A stretch of 64,000 nt of DNA, taken from positions 15,499 through 79,498 of IMG/VR virus record IMGVR_UViG_3300046777_002415; one strand, 5' to 3'. How positions within the stretch are numbered: the stretch's first letter is position 1; every line of letters begins with the position of its first letter. The notes under the pieces were generated by a model. That model was not told the origin of the DNA. It saw nothing but the letters and a program-made list of their open reading frames with translations, and searched no databases. Positions 1 through 9,569 of the stretch are shown here, piece after piece. The translations under genes were made by a program, and so were the position numbers. Origin of the DNA: a virus.

Positions 1-2037
1 GAGTACAAGAACAGCCAGTCCCCCGTGACCATCATCTGCAGGACACACGGTCCATTTCAGATGCGGCCAGCAGCGCATCTGCATAAACAAGGGTGCCCGA
101 CATGCGGTCGGGAAAGATCAGCCAGTTTGCGGAGGACTAGCGTAGCTTCCTTTGTAGAGAGGGCGAGCACGATACACAAAGGGGAGTATGACTACAGCCA
201 GGTAATCCAACCACCGGACAACAAGACCAAGGTCACTATCATCTGCAAAAAACACGGTGCTTTCGCACAGAGCTTTAACGCTCACTTGGGAGGCACAGGG
301 TGCCCGGGTTGCGGTGCGGAGAGGGCGGCAGGGAGCAGGAGATCCAACTTCGTTGAATTTTTGGAGAAGGCCAGAAAGGTTCACGGAGACAAGTATGATT
401 ACTCTCTGACCGAATACAAAGGTTCGGAGACCAAGGTAAAAATCCGCTGTAAGGCATGTGACTCCTTATTTGAGCAAGCCCCGCATAATCACATCAACCA
501 AAAACAAGGATGCCCAGATTGTGGCAGGCGCAGTAGTGAACGTAGTCGTCGCAAGGACCAGGATAAGTTTATTTCCGAGGCCGTGGCCATCCACGGAGAT
601 ACGTACATCTACGACTTAGTTCAGTACGAGGGGGCCAACAACAATGTAACCATCATTTGTAGGGAGCATGGTGAGTTTCTACAGCGCCCTGCCCAACACC
701 TGAAAGGGCAAGGCTGCCGGAAATGCGGGATCACCCGTAGGACCCAAGCGAGCCGCAACACTACCGAGTGGTTTACTGCAGAGGCCAGAAAGGTTCATGG
801 AGATAGGTTTGACTACACAAACACCACATACACCACCTCCGCGGACAAGGTTACGTATATCTGCGAGGACCACGGGGAGGTAACCGTGCTGCCATACGAC
901 CACCTCAAAGGGATAGGCTGCCCTACGTGCTCTCATACCTTGGCAGGGGAAAGGAGGCGCACGAGTTTCCGGGAATTCATGGTCAAGGCATTTGCCATTC
1001 ACGAAGGTAGGTACAGCTATATCGAAGATGGCTTCATCGACAGCAAGACGCCCGCCAACATCCTTTGTCACGTACACGGGGTGTTTCAGCAGCAACCCAA
1101 TAGCCATCTAGGTGGCCACGGCTGCAAAGCATGCAGCGGGTCTAATGGCGAGAACTCAATGGCGGAGTTTCTATGGCACCTCGGCGTCAACGTCGTGCGA
1201 TGGGACAGAACCATCCTTGATGGGTTCGAACTCGATTTCTACCTACCAGACCAGAATCTGGCGATCGAGTACAACGGTCTGCGATATCACAGTTCTTGGG
1301 CAGATGAACACCGTGGCAGGGACTGGGTTCGGAATCACCAGAAATGGAAGCAGGAACAATGCGCGAAGAAAGGTATTCGGCTACTCCACTATTACGAGGA
1401 TGAGTGGATCAACCGTAGAGCAGCGGTCACCAAACAGTTGTCCCTCGCGCTTGGCCGCTACGACGGGCCGAGGCACTACGCAAGGCAAACCAAGACCACA
1501 TGGCTGCCCTGGGCAGACGCCAAGGACTTCATGGACCTCCACCACTTGCAGGGTGCCCCCATGCAGGGTACGAGTTACGGGCTGGAAGTCGACGACAAGA
1601 TCGTGGCAGTGATGATCTTTGCGGCGATCACATCCAAGCGAGGGGAGAAGGCATGTCCATCCAAATGGGAACTGGTTCGGTACGCCAGCGATGGCCAAGT
1701 AGTTGGAGGGGCCTCCAAGCTGCTGGCCGCGTTCGTAAAGCACCACCCGGAAGCCAGGGAGGTCGTCAGCTACTCTGATAACCGCTGGGCCAGCGGAGAC
1801 GTATACCGCAGGCTGGGCTTTACCGAGGACTCTCAAGTCCCCGTGGATTACATGTATATCAAGACCAGCACGGTCGAGCGGTTCCACAAATCCAACTTCC
1901 GCCGATCCGCCCTCGCCAAGAAGTACCCGGACCAATTCGACCCCGCCCTTTCCGAGCGCGAGAACTGCCACAAGCTGGGCTTCTATCAGATCTTCAATTG
2001 CGGCCTCACCAAATGGGTTCGCCACTTCCAAAGCTGA
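1..2037 (+). CDS. Homing-endonuclease-like protein (Hef-like), 5'-truncated: >=6 DUF723-like Zn-ribbon repeats + PD-(D/E)XK nuclease + C-terminal GNAT/Mom-like domain
   Basis: Frame is open from base 1 (EYKNSQSPVTIIC...). Six HGxFxQxxxxHxxxxGCxxC-type repeats, nuclease motif ELDFYLP..LAIEYNG..YH, C-terminal ELVRY..VVGGASKLL..SYSDNRW..G.VY..LGF. Confidence 0.75.
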   Translation, partial: EYKNSQSPVTIICRTHGPFQMRPAAHLHKQGCPTCGRERSASLRRTSVASFVERASTIHKGEYDYSQVIQPPDNKTKVTIICKKHGAFAQSFNAHLGGTGCPGCGAERAAGSRRSNFVEFLEKARKVHGDKYDYSLTEYKGSETKVKIRCKACDSLFEQAPHNHINQKQGCPDCGRRSSERSRRKDQDKFISEAVAIHGDTYIYDLVQYEGANNNVTIICREHGEFLQRPAQHLKGQGCRKCGITRRTQASRNTTEWFTAEARKVHGDRFDYTNTTYTTSADKVTYICEDHGEVTVLPYDHLKGIGCPTCSHTLAGERRRTSFREFMVKAFAIHEGRYSYIEDGFIDSKTPANILCHVHGVFQQQPNSHLGGHGCKACSGSNGENSMAEFLWHLGVNVVRWDRTILDGFELDFYLPDQNLAIEYNGLRYHSSWADEHRGRDWVRNHQKWKQEQCAKKGIRLLHYYEDEWINRRAAVTKQLSLALGRYDGPRHYARQTKTTWLPWADAKDFMDLHHLQGAPMQGTSYGLEVDDKIVAVMIFAAITSKRGEKACPSKWELVRYASDGQVVGGASKLLAAFVKHHPEAREVVSYSDNRWASGDVYRRLGFTEDSQVPVDYMYIKTSTVERFHKSNFRRSALAKKYPDQFDPALSERENCHKLGFYQIFNCGLTKWVRHFQS

Positions 2038-2090
2038 ATCAATAGGGTTACACTTTGTAGCAGGAATTTATCAACACAAGGATCTGTGTT

Positions 2091-2378
2091 ATGGCCAGAA
2101 TGCGCCGACTCCCCGATTTTCAAGAACCTCAGGTCCCGTCCACTCCCGTGGTGGGCGAAGGCGACCGGCTATCCGTTAGCGGCCAAGTGCAAGTGACCGA
2201 GGCATCCGCTGCCCCCAAAGTGGAGGTCAGCAAACCCCTTCTCATCGAGGCCATCAAGTCCAGCCTCCTCGAGCCGCACGAGCTGATCTGGTTTCACCCC
2301 GGCAAACCCAAAGAGGTTGCCCGCATCACCAAGTGGATGCAGGCCCAGATCAATGCGGGATTGCTGAGGCAGGTCTAA
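2091..2378 (+). CDS. Hypothetical phage protein
   Basis: ATG with upstream AAGGA; abuts the next ORF. Confidence 0.6.
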   Translation: MARMRRLPDFQEPQVPSTPVVGEGDRLSVSGQVQVTEASAAPKVEVSKPLLIEAIKSSLLEPHELIWFHPGKPKEVARITKWMQAQINAGLLRQV

Positions 2379-2747
2379 ATGCAGACCCTGCCTCCCTTCA
2401 AGCGCGGCGACACCTTCAGCCTCGGCTGTCTGGCTAAGGATGCCGGAGGTGTTCCAGAGGATCTGTCCAACATCACCCTGAGAGCACAGATCCGCCGCCA
2501 AGGCACCCGCCTGGCGCCGGAGCCGGTGTTCGTCGCGGAGCTGACGGTCGACAAGGCCAACCAATCCACCCACAAGGGTGAGTTCTCACTGACGGCGCTG
2601 CCGGCGGTAACCAAGCTGTGGCAGAGCGGTCTGGAGGCTACCCCGGTTATGCACGTCGTGGATATCCAGAAAGACGTCGCAGGCGTCGTTATCAGCTCCG
2701 AGACCTTCGCGGTACCGGTGATCAAGGATGTCACCTATGACGATTGA
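2379..2747 (+). CDS. Virion structural protein, BppU-N-like Ig-type adaptor
   Basis: KRGDTF..DLS...RAQIR...DIQ...SETF.V.V..DVT pattern typical of small fibre-anchoring proteins. Confidence 0.5.
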   Translation: MQTLPPFKRGDTFSLGCLAKDAGGVPEDLSNITLRAQIRRQGTRLAPEPVFVAELTVDKANQSTHKGEFSLTALPAVTKLWQSGLEATPVMHVVDIQKDVAGVVISSETFAVPVIKDVTYDD

Positions 2748-4881
2748 AATCACATCTCTGTATGGCCCGGGCACTGCTCCCACCATAACCCTGCAATCTC
2801 AGGACGCTGGAGGAGCGATCGCCGCTCGTGCCGCGGCCGAGGCGGCAAAGACCAGCGCGGCTGCTGCACTGGCCAGCGAGGTGGCAGCAGAAGCAGATCG
2901 AATGCAGACCGGGCTCGACCGGGTACAGACCGGTCAGGACCGGCAGGTCACGAGTGCGGATGCCACCGCGACCTCTCAGGACCGGGTACAGACAGGGCAG
3001 GACCGCACCGCCACTGCCGCTGACCGGATACAGACCGGGCAGGACCGAAGCACTTCGACTTCGGCAGCTACTGTAGCCACAACCCAGGCAGGCATTGCTG
3101 TCAGCCAAGCCCAGGCAGCCGCGATTTCTGCCGGTGACGCTGCGGACAGCGCTGACTCCTCGATTGCTGCCGCCGAAGTGTCTGTCGCTAAAGCTGCGAT
3201 TGCCACGCAGAAGGCAGCGGATGCATCGAACTTCGCACAGTCAGCTGAAACATCCAAGAATACGGCCCAGTCTCACGCTCAGACTGCGACCACGCAGGCA
3301 GGGATCGCCACCACGAAAGCTGGGGAAGCGAGCACTTCGGCCACAACTGCCAGCACACAGGCAGGAGCTGCCACAACCAAAGCTAATCAAGCGGGTTCAT
3401 CCGCCGACGCTGCGTCAGCCAGCGCCACAGTGGCCACTGACCAAGCAGCCATAGCCACTGCCAAGGCCGCTGTAGCCACGACCAAAGCGAGCGAGGCCAG
3501 CGGCTCTGCATCCACAGCAACGACCAAGGCCGGGGAAGCTCTGTCTTCCGCCAATGCCGCCAGCGCTTCGGCAACTACCGCAACCACCGAGGCGGGGGAG
3601 GCATCAGCATCGGCTGTCACGGCCAGCACCCAAGCAGGGACTGCCACAACCAAAGCGTCGGAGGCCAGCGCATCCGCCCTCAGTGCCAGCAGTAGCGCCC
3701 AGACGGCAGTAACTCAAGCCAATACAGCGACAACCAAGGCGAGTGAAGCCGCCGCGTCTGCATCAGGTGCTGCTACCTCCGCATCCACCGCAACAACTCA
3801 GGCCGGTATCGCCACAACCAAGGCGAGCGAGGCTAGTGCCTCCGCATCCACCGCAACGACCCAGGCCGGCACCGCCACAACCAAAGCAGGGGAAGCATCT
3901 GCCAGCGCATCTGCTGCCAGTGGCAGTGCAGTGGCTGCTGCGGCTTCTGCAGACAGCGCGGCGGCAAGCGCCAGCACCGCCCAGGGCGTAATCAACGACC
4001 CTGATTTCGGGCTTGTCGTAGCGGGGCTGGAAGCCTTGGCCATCTCGGGCGAGATACAGACGGTCGCGGCCAATATAACGGACATACAGAACGCAGAAGA
4101 GAATGCTGCCACTGCAGTCCTGAACGCAAGCATATCCGGTGTGCAGGCCGGTAATGCCATTGTTTCGGCGCAGGCCGCGCAGGCCGCCGCTGCCAATGCT
4201 GTTGCGGTTGTCACCGGAGGAACAGCCTCACTGACTCCGAGCGCGGGGAAAATCCCGATCGCCGACGCCACAGGCAAGATCGACTATGGGTGGGTTGACC
4301 CCATCCCCGCTGTTGCCGCGAACCTCCACCGGTCCCCGAACGCCATCACGTCGATGTTCATTTATGACACCAGCAAAGCGTCAGACGGCGGGGCATTCAT
4401 CGACAAATTGGGTGCTACGTCCATCGTCAATGAAACGCTGAATGGCAAATGGTTGGGACAGCAAGCCAATGAATCGGCGGCTCGGGCAGTATCCGGTGCA
4501 GCCACGGGCGATTTTTATCAACTCACGTCAGACGGCAAGGTCTACAAGCTCAACGCAGGCTCTGGCGTCACCCAGGTTTACCGCGGCAACTCCGCCAAAT
4601 GGCCGCGATTGATGGCGTTCGTCGCGGAATCCCTTGGACTATTCATCTACGACTTGACCCAGGCGGGTCGCCCGTTGTTTCGACACTTCCCGGTCGGCGC
4701 CAATGAGATTGTGATCGCCACCCCCACCAGCGTTCAGGCGCTGGAATCCACTATCGCTATCGGCACGGCCAGCGGCTTGATCCTGATGGACTTTGCGCGG
4801 GACGTTGCGAAAAAACTGACTACCGGCACCGATCAGGCATACAAGGGCTTTCTGGCTAAAGCCACCGCTGGATGGGCGTGA
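2737..4881 (+). CDS. Fibre/spike protein, N-terminal part (Ala/Ser/Thr coiled-coil stalk + start of propeller-like domain)
   Basis: DRVQTGQ heptads and ATTQAGIATTKASEASAS repeats as in side-fibre stalks; MFIYDTSKASDGGA motif. Start chosen at ATG 2737 after AAGGA. Confidence 0.75.
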   Translation: MTIEITSLYGPGTAPTITLQSQDAGGAIAARAAAEAAKTSAAAALASEVAAEADRMQTGLDRVQTGQDRQVTSADATATSQDRVQTGQDRTATAADRIQTGQDRSTSTSAATVATTQAGIAVSQAQAAAISAGDAADSADSSIAAAEVSVAKAAIATQKAADASNFAQSAETSKNTAQSHAQTATTQAGIATTKAGEASTSATTASTQAGAATTKANQAGSSADAASASATVATDQAAIATAKAAVATTKASEASGSASTATTKAGEALSSANAASASATTATTEAGEASASAVTASTQAGTATTKASEASASALSASSSAQTAVTQANTATTKASEAAASASGAATSASTATTQAGIATTKASEASASASTATTQAGTATTKAGEASASASAASGSAVAAAASADSAAASASTAQGVINDPDFGLVVAGLEALAISGEIQTVAANITDIQNAEENAATAVLNASISGVQAGNAIVSAQAAQAAAANAVAVVTGGTASLTPSAGKIPIADATGKIDYGWVDPIPAVAANLHRSPNAITSMFIYDTSKASDGGAFIDKLGATSIVNETLNGKWLGQQANESAARAVSGAATGDFYQLTSDGKVYKLNAGSGVTQVYRGNSAKWPRLMAFVAESLGLFIYDLTQAGRPLFRHFPVGANEIVIATPTSVQALESTIAIGTASGLILMDFARDVAKKLTTGTDQAYKGFLAKATAGWA
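2890..3980 (+). repeat. Coding repeats: 7-aa DRVQTGQ and ~21-aa ASTATTQAG(I/T)ATTKA(S/G)EASAS units
   Basis: Directly visible in translation and DNA (gaccgggtacagac.. repeats). Confidence 0.8.
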
Positions 4882-5618
4882 TGGGAGTCTCTCTAAGCCA
4901 CGAAATCGTTGCCGCTTACCAAAGCGGTCTGTCGATGCACGAATGCGCTAGGCGCTTCGGAATGTCACGCACGTCATTGTCGTACCGGCTAAAGAAGGCG
5001 GGAATCCGCATCAAGCAGAAGGCAGAGGTTATTGCCGAGCAATATGCCGACGCACCGTGGCGCAACAAAGACCAGATGCTTGATCTGTACGAGCGCCAAG
5101 GCAAATCAACGATTGAAATCGCCGAAATGTTTGGGTGCGACAGGTCAGTTGTGACTGACTGGCTGAATCGCTTTGGCGCAACCATGCGGACCACTGCCGA
5201 AACTCAAAAAGGCAAAGAGCCCGCCACAAAAGGCAAAGGCAAGCGGAACAGTACCGAGACCGTGCTGTGTGCTTGTGGCTGCGGCACATCCATTAAGCGG
5301 TACAGCTTCAGTAGCAGCGAGGTGCGGTTTGCCAGCGGTCATCGGATACATGGTGCCGATCACCCACGGTACAAGCCGAATGGCGGCAGACGGACGGACA
5401 GGCATGACAGGGCCGATTACCGAGTTTGGCGCAGAGAGGTTCTTGCCGCAAACAGCTATACCTGCGCCGTGTGCGGGGTTAAGGGTGGAAAACTGCATTC
5501 GCACCATGTGCTGCCGTTTTCAAAATTCCCACAATACAGGTACGAAGTCACCAATGGTCTGGCCATGTGTAAACCCTACCATATCGAAACACACAAAGTT
5601 GCCAGGGAGATCATGTAA
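4881..5618 (+). mobile_element. Free-standing HNH homing endonuclease gene (two HTH-like segments, CxCGCG, HNH)
   Basis: CAVCG..LHSHHV..NGLAMCKPYH. TGATG overlap at 4879-4883 and TAATG overlap at 5616-5620. Confidence 0.8.
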
Positions 5619-8600
5619 TGCCTATAGTAAACAACACCGTCAACGCCGTCGCCATGACCATCCTCCCCGACGCGCCGGTTGATCCTGTTACCGGATTGAA
5701 GGTGCCGACGATTGCGGTGGCTACGGGCGGGGGAATTTCGGTTATCAAGCATAATGGGACGGTAGTTAATAGCAGTAGCACACTACAATACAATGCTGTT
5801 TTGTTTGCGGATAAACAGTATTTGTGCTCTGCCTACCAGCAATACGTTTACTTAACGCCTCGGTCAGTGTGGGAGCAGTCTGGATTCACGATCTCCAGTG
5901 GTGGGTATTACGACTCTAGCTTCCAATCACCACTAAGTATTCTTAGTGCAACCGGATCAACTACTGTTAGGCGTTTTGCGCGTGGCGATTCTCAATTTAT
6001 TGTGCAAAGAGACAAGGGGGCGCAGATTCTAAAACGCCATAACACTACCACCAAGGCGACGGCAGCAGAAATTACCAACACCCACAACACCGGCCACCTC
6101 GTCGGTGACATCCGCCGCTGCTTTTTGGCCGACATCGGATCGGGGAGTGTGACGGGACCGGAGTTGGTGACGAACGGGGATTTCTCGAATGAGACGACGG
6201 GGTGGACTGCTGGGTCCGCGACTATGGCTGTTGTCGGTGGGCGACTGCAAATCACCAATACGGGCACAGTGTTTGGCAAAGCGTATCAATCGTTTGCGAC
6301 AACAATCGGCGGTTCCTATCGCTTGTCATTCAGCGCAGGGCCGGTGACAGCATCTGCGGCGGCTGTATATGCGTCTGTAGATACGACATCCAGCGGAAGT
6401 ATAGGGGTTATAAGTAGCATAACGACTTACGGAAACCGTGAATTTATTTTTAGAGCGACAACCACAACCACTTATGTCCTGCTGATCAATACCAATACTA
6501 ACAACGGCATTGGCGAATACGACAACATCTCCGTCCGCGAAGTCATCCCCGACCGCTCCTACAAGGCCCAAAGCGCGAACATTGTTGGCACCCTGACCAA
6601 AACCGCTGCTGCTGTTAATGCTCAGATGGCAGCGTACTCCGGGTTCTCGGCGGCGAACTACGCAAGGGAGCCGTACAGTGCCGATCTCGATTTCGGCACG
6701 GGCGAGTGGACCGCGAGTGCGTGGGTGAATGTGCTTGTTGGGAACTTCCCGGTGGTTGGGGGTGAGCTTCTTACCGGCACATTCACCAACGGTTCACCGG
6801 GATTCGATACGTTTTCACCGAGCGGCACGACGGAATTTACCGGCACAACAACAACGGCAAAATCCGCTCGTTGCTACATAGGTAATTTGTCTGCATTTGT
6901 CGGTAAAATAATTACAATATCAGGAACAGTATCATCAAGCGGGATATCAGCCGTGTCAATGAATTTCTCATCGGCTGGCTCGCAAAGCTCAGGATTAACT
7001 AGCGGATGGGTTATTACAGCAAACGGGAATTTCACCACTACCGTATATGTTCCGGTCAACGCTTCTAATCTGTTGATTCTAGGAACGTCAACTGGCGTTT
7101 CGACCATGACGCTATCCAATCTATCCGTCAAAGAGCTTGCCCCCGCCCTCATCGCTGACCGTGCCTTCTCCACTGGCCCCAAGATCAGTCTCGGTGTTAG
7201 CGCCTTGGGCAATCTCACCGCCACTGCTTTCGACGGCACCACCACCCGCACGGTTACGACAAGCGCCGCTTACAACACCGGGACTTGGAACAAAGCTCGG
7301 GTCAACTACACCACGGACGGCACCCTGGCGCTGTTGGTGAATGGCGTGGAAGTAGCGGCGACTCGGGGTAATCCGCTGTTGAGTTTGAGTAGTAGGTATA
7401 ACTTACTGAATTACTCAGAGCAGTTCGATAACGGCGCATGGACAAAAGGAACTAATGTCACAGTCATTCCCAATTCAGCGACAGACCCTCTTGGTGGTAG
7501 TACGGCTGACAAAATTTCCGTTTCATCGAGTTTAGACTCAAGTGCTACTCGCATTTCTCAGGCTGTAAATGTAGGCGGCGATCTTGTATTTTCGGTATGG
7601 CTTCGGGCTGCGACAGCCCAGACCGTAAGACTAAAAATCTTTGGGACAACAGGAACCGTCGTCATTAGCTCACTTGATGTTTCAGTTACGTCAAGCTGGA
7701 CTAGGTTTTCTATAACAGGGGTGGGCGCTGTTCCCAACAGTACCGTGACCATAGGACCAGCGATTTCCGTGCTAACAGATATAGAGGTCTGGGGCGCTCA
7801 AGTTGAGGTTGGTTCCACTGCCAAAACCTACCAGCACACCACCACGGTAGCCGAAACAGAGGTTGCCCCTCTCACTATCGGCAACAGCTACGCCCTCGAT
7901 GCGCCGTTCCCCGGTTCGCTGGCCTTGCTGAAGTTCTCCGCGACCGTTCCCACCACCGAGCAATCGGTCTGGATGTACGAGCAGGAGAAGCAACTTTTCC
8001 GCGAGGGTGCTCAGTGTGTTCTCCCCGACTCCGGGAATATCCTCGACCTGACCTACGACGACGCGACCGACAAGTGGATCGCGGTGTCTGCGACCAATGA
8101 GAGCGAATGGTCGGGTCTGGTTCGCACCTCGACGGCTACGCCAAGCGCGGGTTCGTTCAGCAAGACCGTAGCCAAGTCAGGTGTGCAGTTGCTGGCTCGG
8201 ACCACGACCAACCCCGGTGTCGATGTGATGATCCCTGCCTATGGTCTGCGGTCGGAACTGGTGAGACGGGCCGAGGCTGCGGCATTGCTGAATGCCCAAC
8301 TGGCGACCTTCGATTTCGTTGGCGGGTTCACGGCGACCACGGTAGCTGGCAACACAGCGATCACCAGTGTGGCGGGCCTGACTTATCCGACCTCCTACAT
8401 CGGCGCAGTCGTCACGGGTTCAGGTATTCCGGCCAACACCGTCATCGTCGCGGTATCGGGCACGACCATCTACCTGAGTGCGGCGGCGACCGCCAGTGCA
8501 TCCGGCGTACAGGTGAGCTTCACTGACTTCATTCTGCCAGTGGGTTATGAGGCTAGTACGGTCGCCGCCGCAGGCACCAGAAGACGTGAAGGGTCCACCG

Positions 8601-8704
8601 CCGATTTTGTCCGCCGATTCGACGGCTTCAAGGAGACGATCCGCTTTGCAGTCGCCCCCGGCCATACCGCATGGGTATCCATTCAAGCAGCCAGGAGCGC
8701 GTAA
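5618..8704 (+). CDS. Fibre/spike protein, C-terminal part (LamG/concanavalin-like with inserted carbohydrate-binding-like modules)
   Basis: IVNNTVNAVAMTILPDAPVDPVTGLKVPTIAVAT; YSADLDFGTGEWTASAW...PLTIG..FPGSLALLKFS; ELVTNGDFS...DNISVRE; NLLNYSEQFDN...WGAQVE. Confidence 0.75.
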   Translation: MPIVNNTVNAVAMTILPDAPVDPVTGLKVPTIAVATGGGISVIKHNGTVVNSSSTLQYNAVLFADKQYLCSAYQQYVYLTPRSVWEQSGFTISSGGYYDSSFQSPLSILSATGSTTVRRFARGDSQFIVQRDKGAQILKRHNTTTKATAAEITNTHNTGHLVGDIRRCFLADIGSGSVTGPELVTNGDFSNETTGWTAGSATMAVVGGRLQITNTGTVFGKAYQSFATTIGGSYRLSFSAGPVTASAAAVYASVDTTSSGSIGVISSITTYGNREFIFRATTTTTYVLLINTNTNNGIGEYDNISVREVIPDRSYKAQSANIVGTLTKTAAAVNAQMAAYSGFSAANYAREPYSADLDFGTGEWTASAWVNVLVGNFPVVGGELLTGTFTNGSPGFDTFSPSGTTEFTGTTTTAKSARCYIGNLSAFVGKIITISGTVSSSGISAVSMNFSSAGSQSSGLTSGWVITANGNFTTTVYVPVNASNLLILGTSTGVSTMTLSNLSVKELAPALIADRAFSTGPKISLGVSALGNLTATAFDGTTTRTVTTSAAYNTGTWNKARVNYTTDGTLALLVNGVEVAATRGNPLLSLSSRYNLLNYSEQFDNGAWTKGTNVTVIPNSATDPLGGSTADKISVSSSLDSSATRISQAVNVGGDLVFSVWLRAATAQTVRLKIFGTTGTVVISSLDVSVTSSWTRFSITGVGAVPNSTVTIGPAISVLTDIEVWGAQVEVGSTAKTYQHTTTVAETEVAPLTIGNSYALDAPFPGSLALLKFSATVPTTEQSVWMYEQEKQLFREGAQCVLPDSGNILDLTYDDATDKWIAVSATNESEWSGLVRTSTATPSAGSFSKTVAKSGVQLLARTTTNPGVDVMIPAYGLRSELVRRAEAAALLNAQLATFDFVGGFTATTVAGNTAITSVAGLTYPTSYIGAVVTGSGIPANTVIVAVSGTTIYLSAAATASASGVQVSFTDFILPVGYEASTVAAAGTRRREGSTADFVRRFDGFKETIRFAVAPGHTAWVSIQAARSA

Positions 8705-9201
8705 TGAGTTCCTTCATCGACATGATGGGCAGTGATGTTTGGTCCGACGCCGACATCACTCGCCGCACCGAAGCGATGGTTCGATCTGTCATGTCGTTGC
8801 AGGATGAGATGGTCCTGAATCGCAAGGTTCAGGGCGCGGCCTTGGGCGAATACACACTGACTGAGCAAGATCAGGCTGACATGGCGCGGCTGGCGCAAGC
8901 CGGGTTTGAGGCCCAGCAAATGGGTATCGCTGCGCGGGCGGATATGGCCCTGCTGCTGGAAGTATTCGATGTGGAAGCCGCTGAGGCGTGGCTGGCGCAA
9001 TCGACTGTCGAGCCAGAACTGGATGAGGGCGGCAACGTCACCAACCAAGAGGCGGTTGACGCTGATGTTGAAGAACGCGCTGCCGCTCAGGCTGTGGTGG
9101 ATGCCGCTTCGCCTGAAGTCCTGGAGTGGGTGGAGAAACGTCGTCAACCCATTGTTGAAGAACCTGCTGTTGAACCTGAAACCCCGGAGATACCCGAATG
9201 A
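8704..9201 (+). CDS. Hypothetical acidic protein, possible fibre chaperone
   Basis: TAATG coupling with the fibre gene, AGGAG RBS, helical acidic sequence. Confidence 0.6.
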   Translation: MSSFIDMMGSDVWSDADITRRTEAMVRSVMSLQDEMVLNRKVQGAALGEYTLTEQDQADMARLAQAGFEAQQMGIAARADMALLLEVFDVEAAEAWLAQSTVEPELDEGGNVTNQEAVDADVEERAAAQAVVDAASPEVLEWVEKRRQPIVEEPAVEPETPEIPE

Positions 9202-9566
9202 AATTCTTGCTGCTGTTGCTGCTGTCGCTCCCCGCGTGGGCCAATCAAGCCCCGGAAATCTCGCAGGTCATCGTCAACGAAAACACGATGGTCGTGCGCG
9301 GGGCCAACCTCTGGAAAGTCCAGAGAGCGACCTTAGGTGGAAAAATAGTCAATACGATGCTGGGCGGGGTTGATCTGGTTGTCTCTTGTCGCAAGCTGGA
9401 TAAGGTTCCTTGCGCGAACGGTCGTTGGATACCAGGCGTCTACACATTGCGGTTGTTCAAGGCGGGAAAAGCCCTGGTGGCGTATCCCGTGACGATTACC
9501 GGTTTGGAAAAGCAGGACCGCCCGACCCCACCCGAAACCATCATGCCCCGTCCAGCTTGGCAGTAA
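9198..9566 (+). CDS. Secreted/periplasmic protein with signal peptide, Ig/TIG-like
   Basis: MKFLLLLLLSLPAWA signal peptide; PEI..V..N...VRGANL pattern; ATGA overlap. Confidence 0.6.
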   Translation: MKFLLLLLLSLPAWANQAPEISQVIVNENTMVVRGANLWKVQRATLGGKIVNTMLGGVDLVVSCRKLDKVPCANGRWIPGVYTLRLFKAGKALVAYPVTITGLEKQDRPTPPETIMPRPAWQ

Positions 9567-9569
9567 CCT

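Noticed and set aside
4872-5620. Group I intron or intein carrying the HNH
   Set aside because: The ORFs overlap by 1 nt at both ends, leaving no scaffold sequence, and there are stop codons and no intein terminal motifs.
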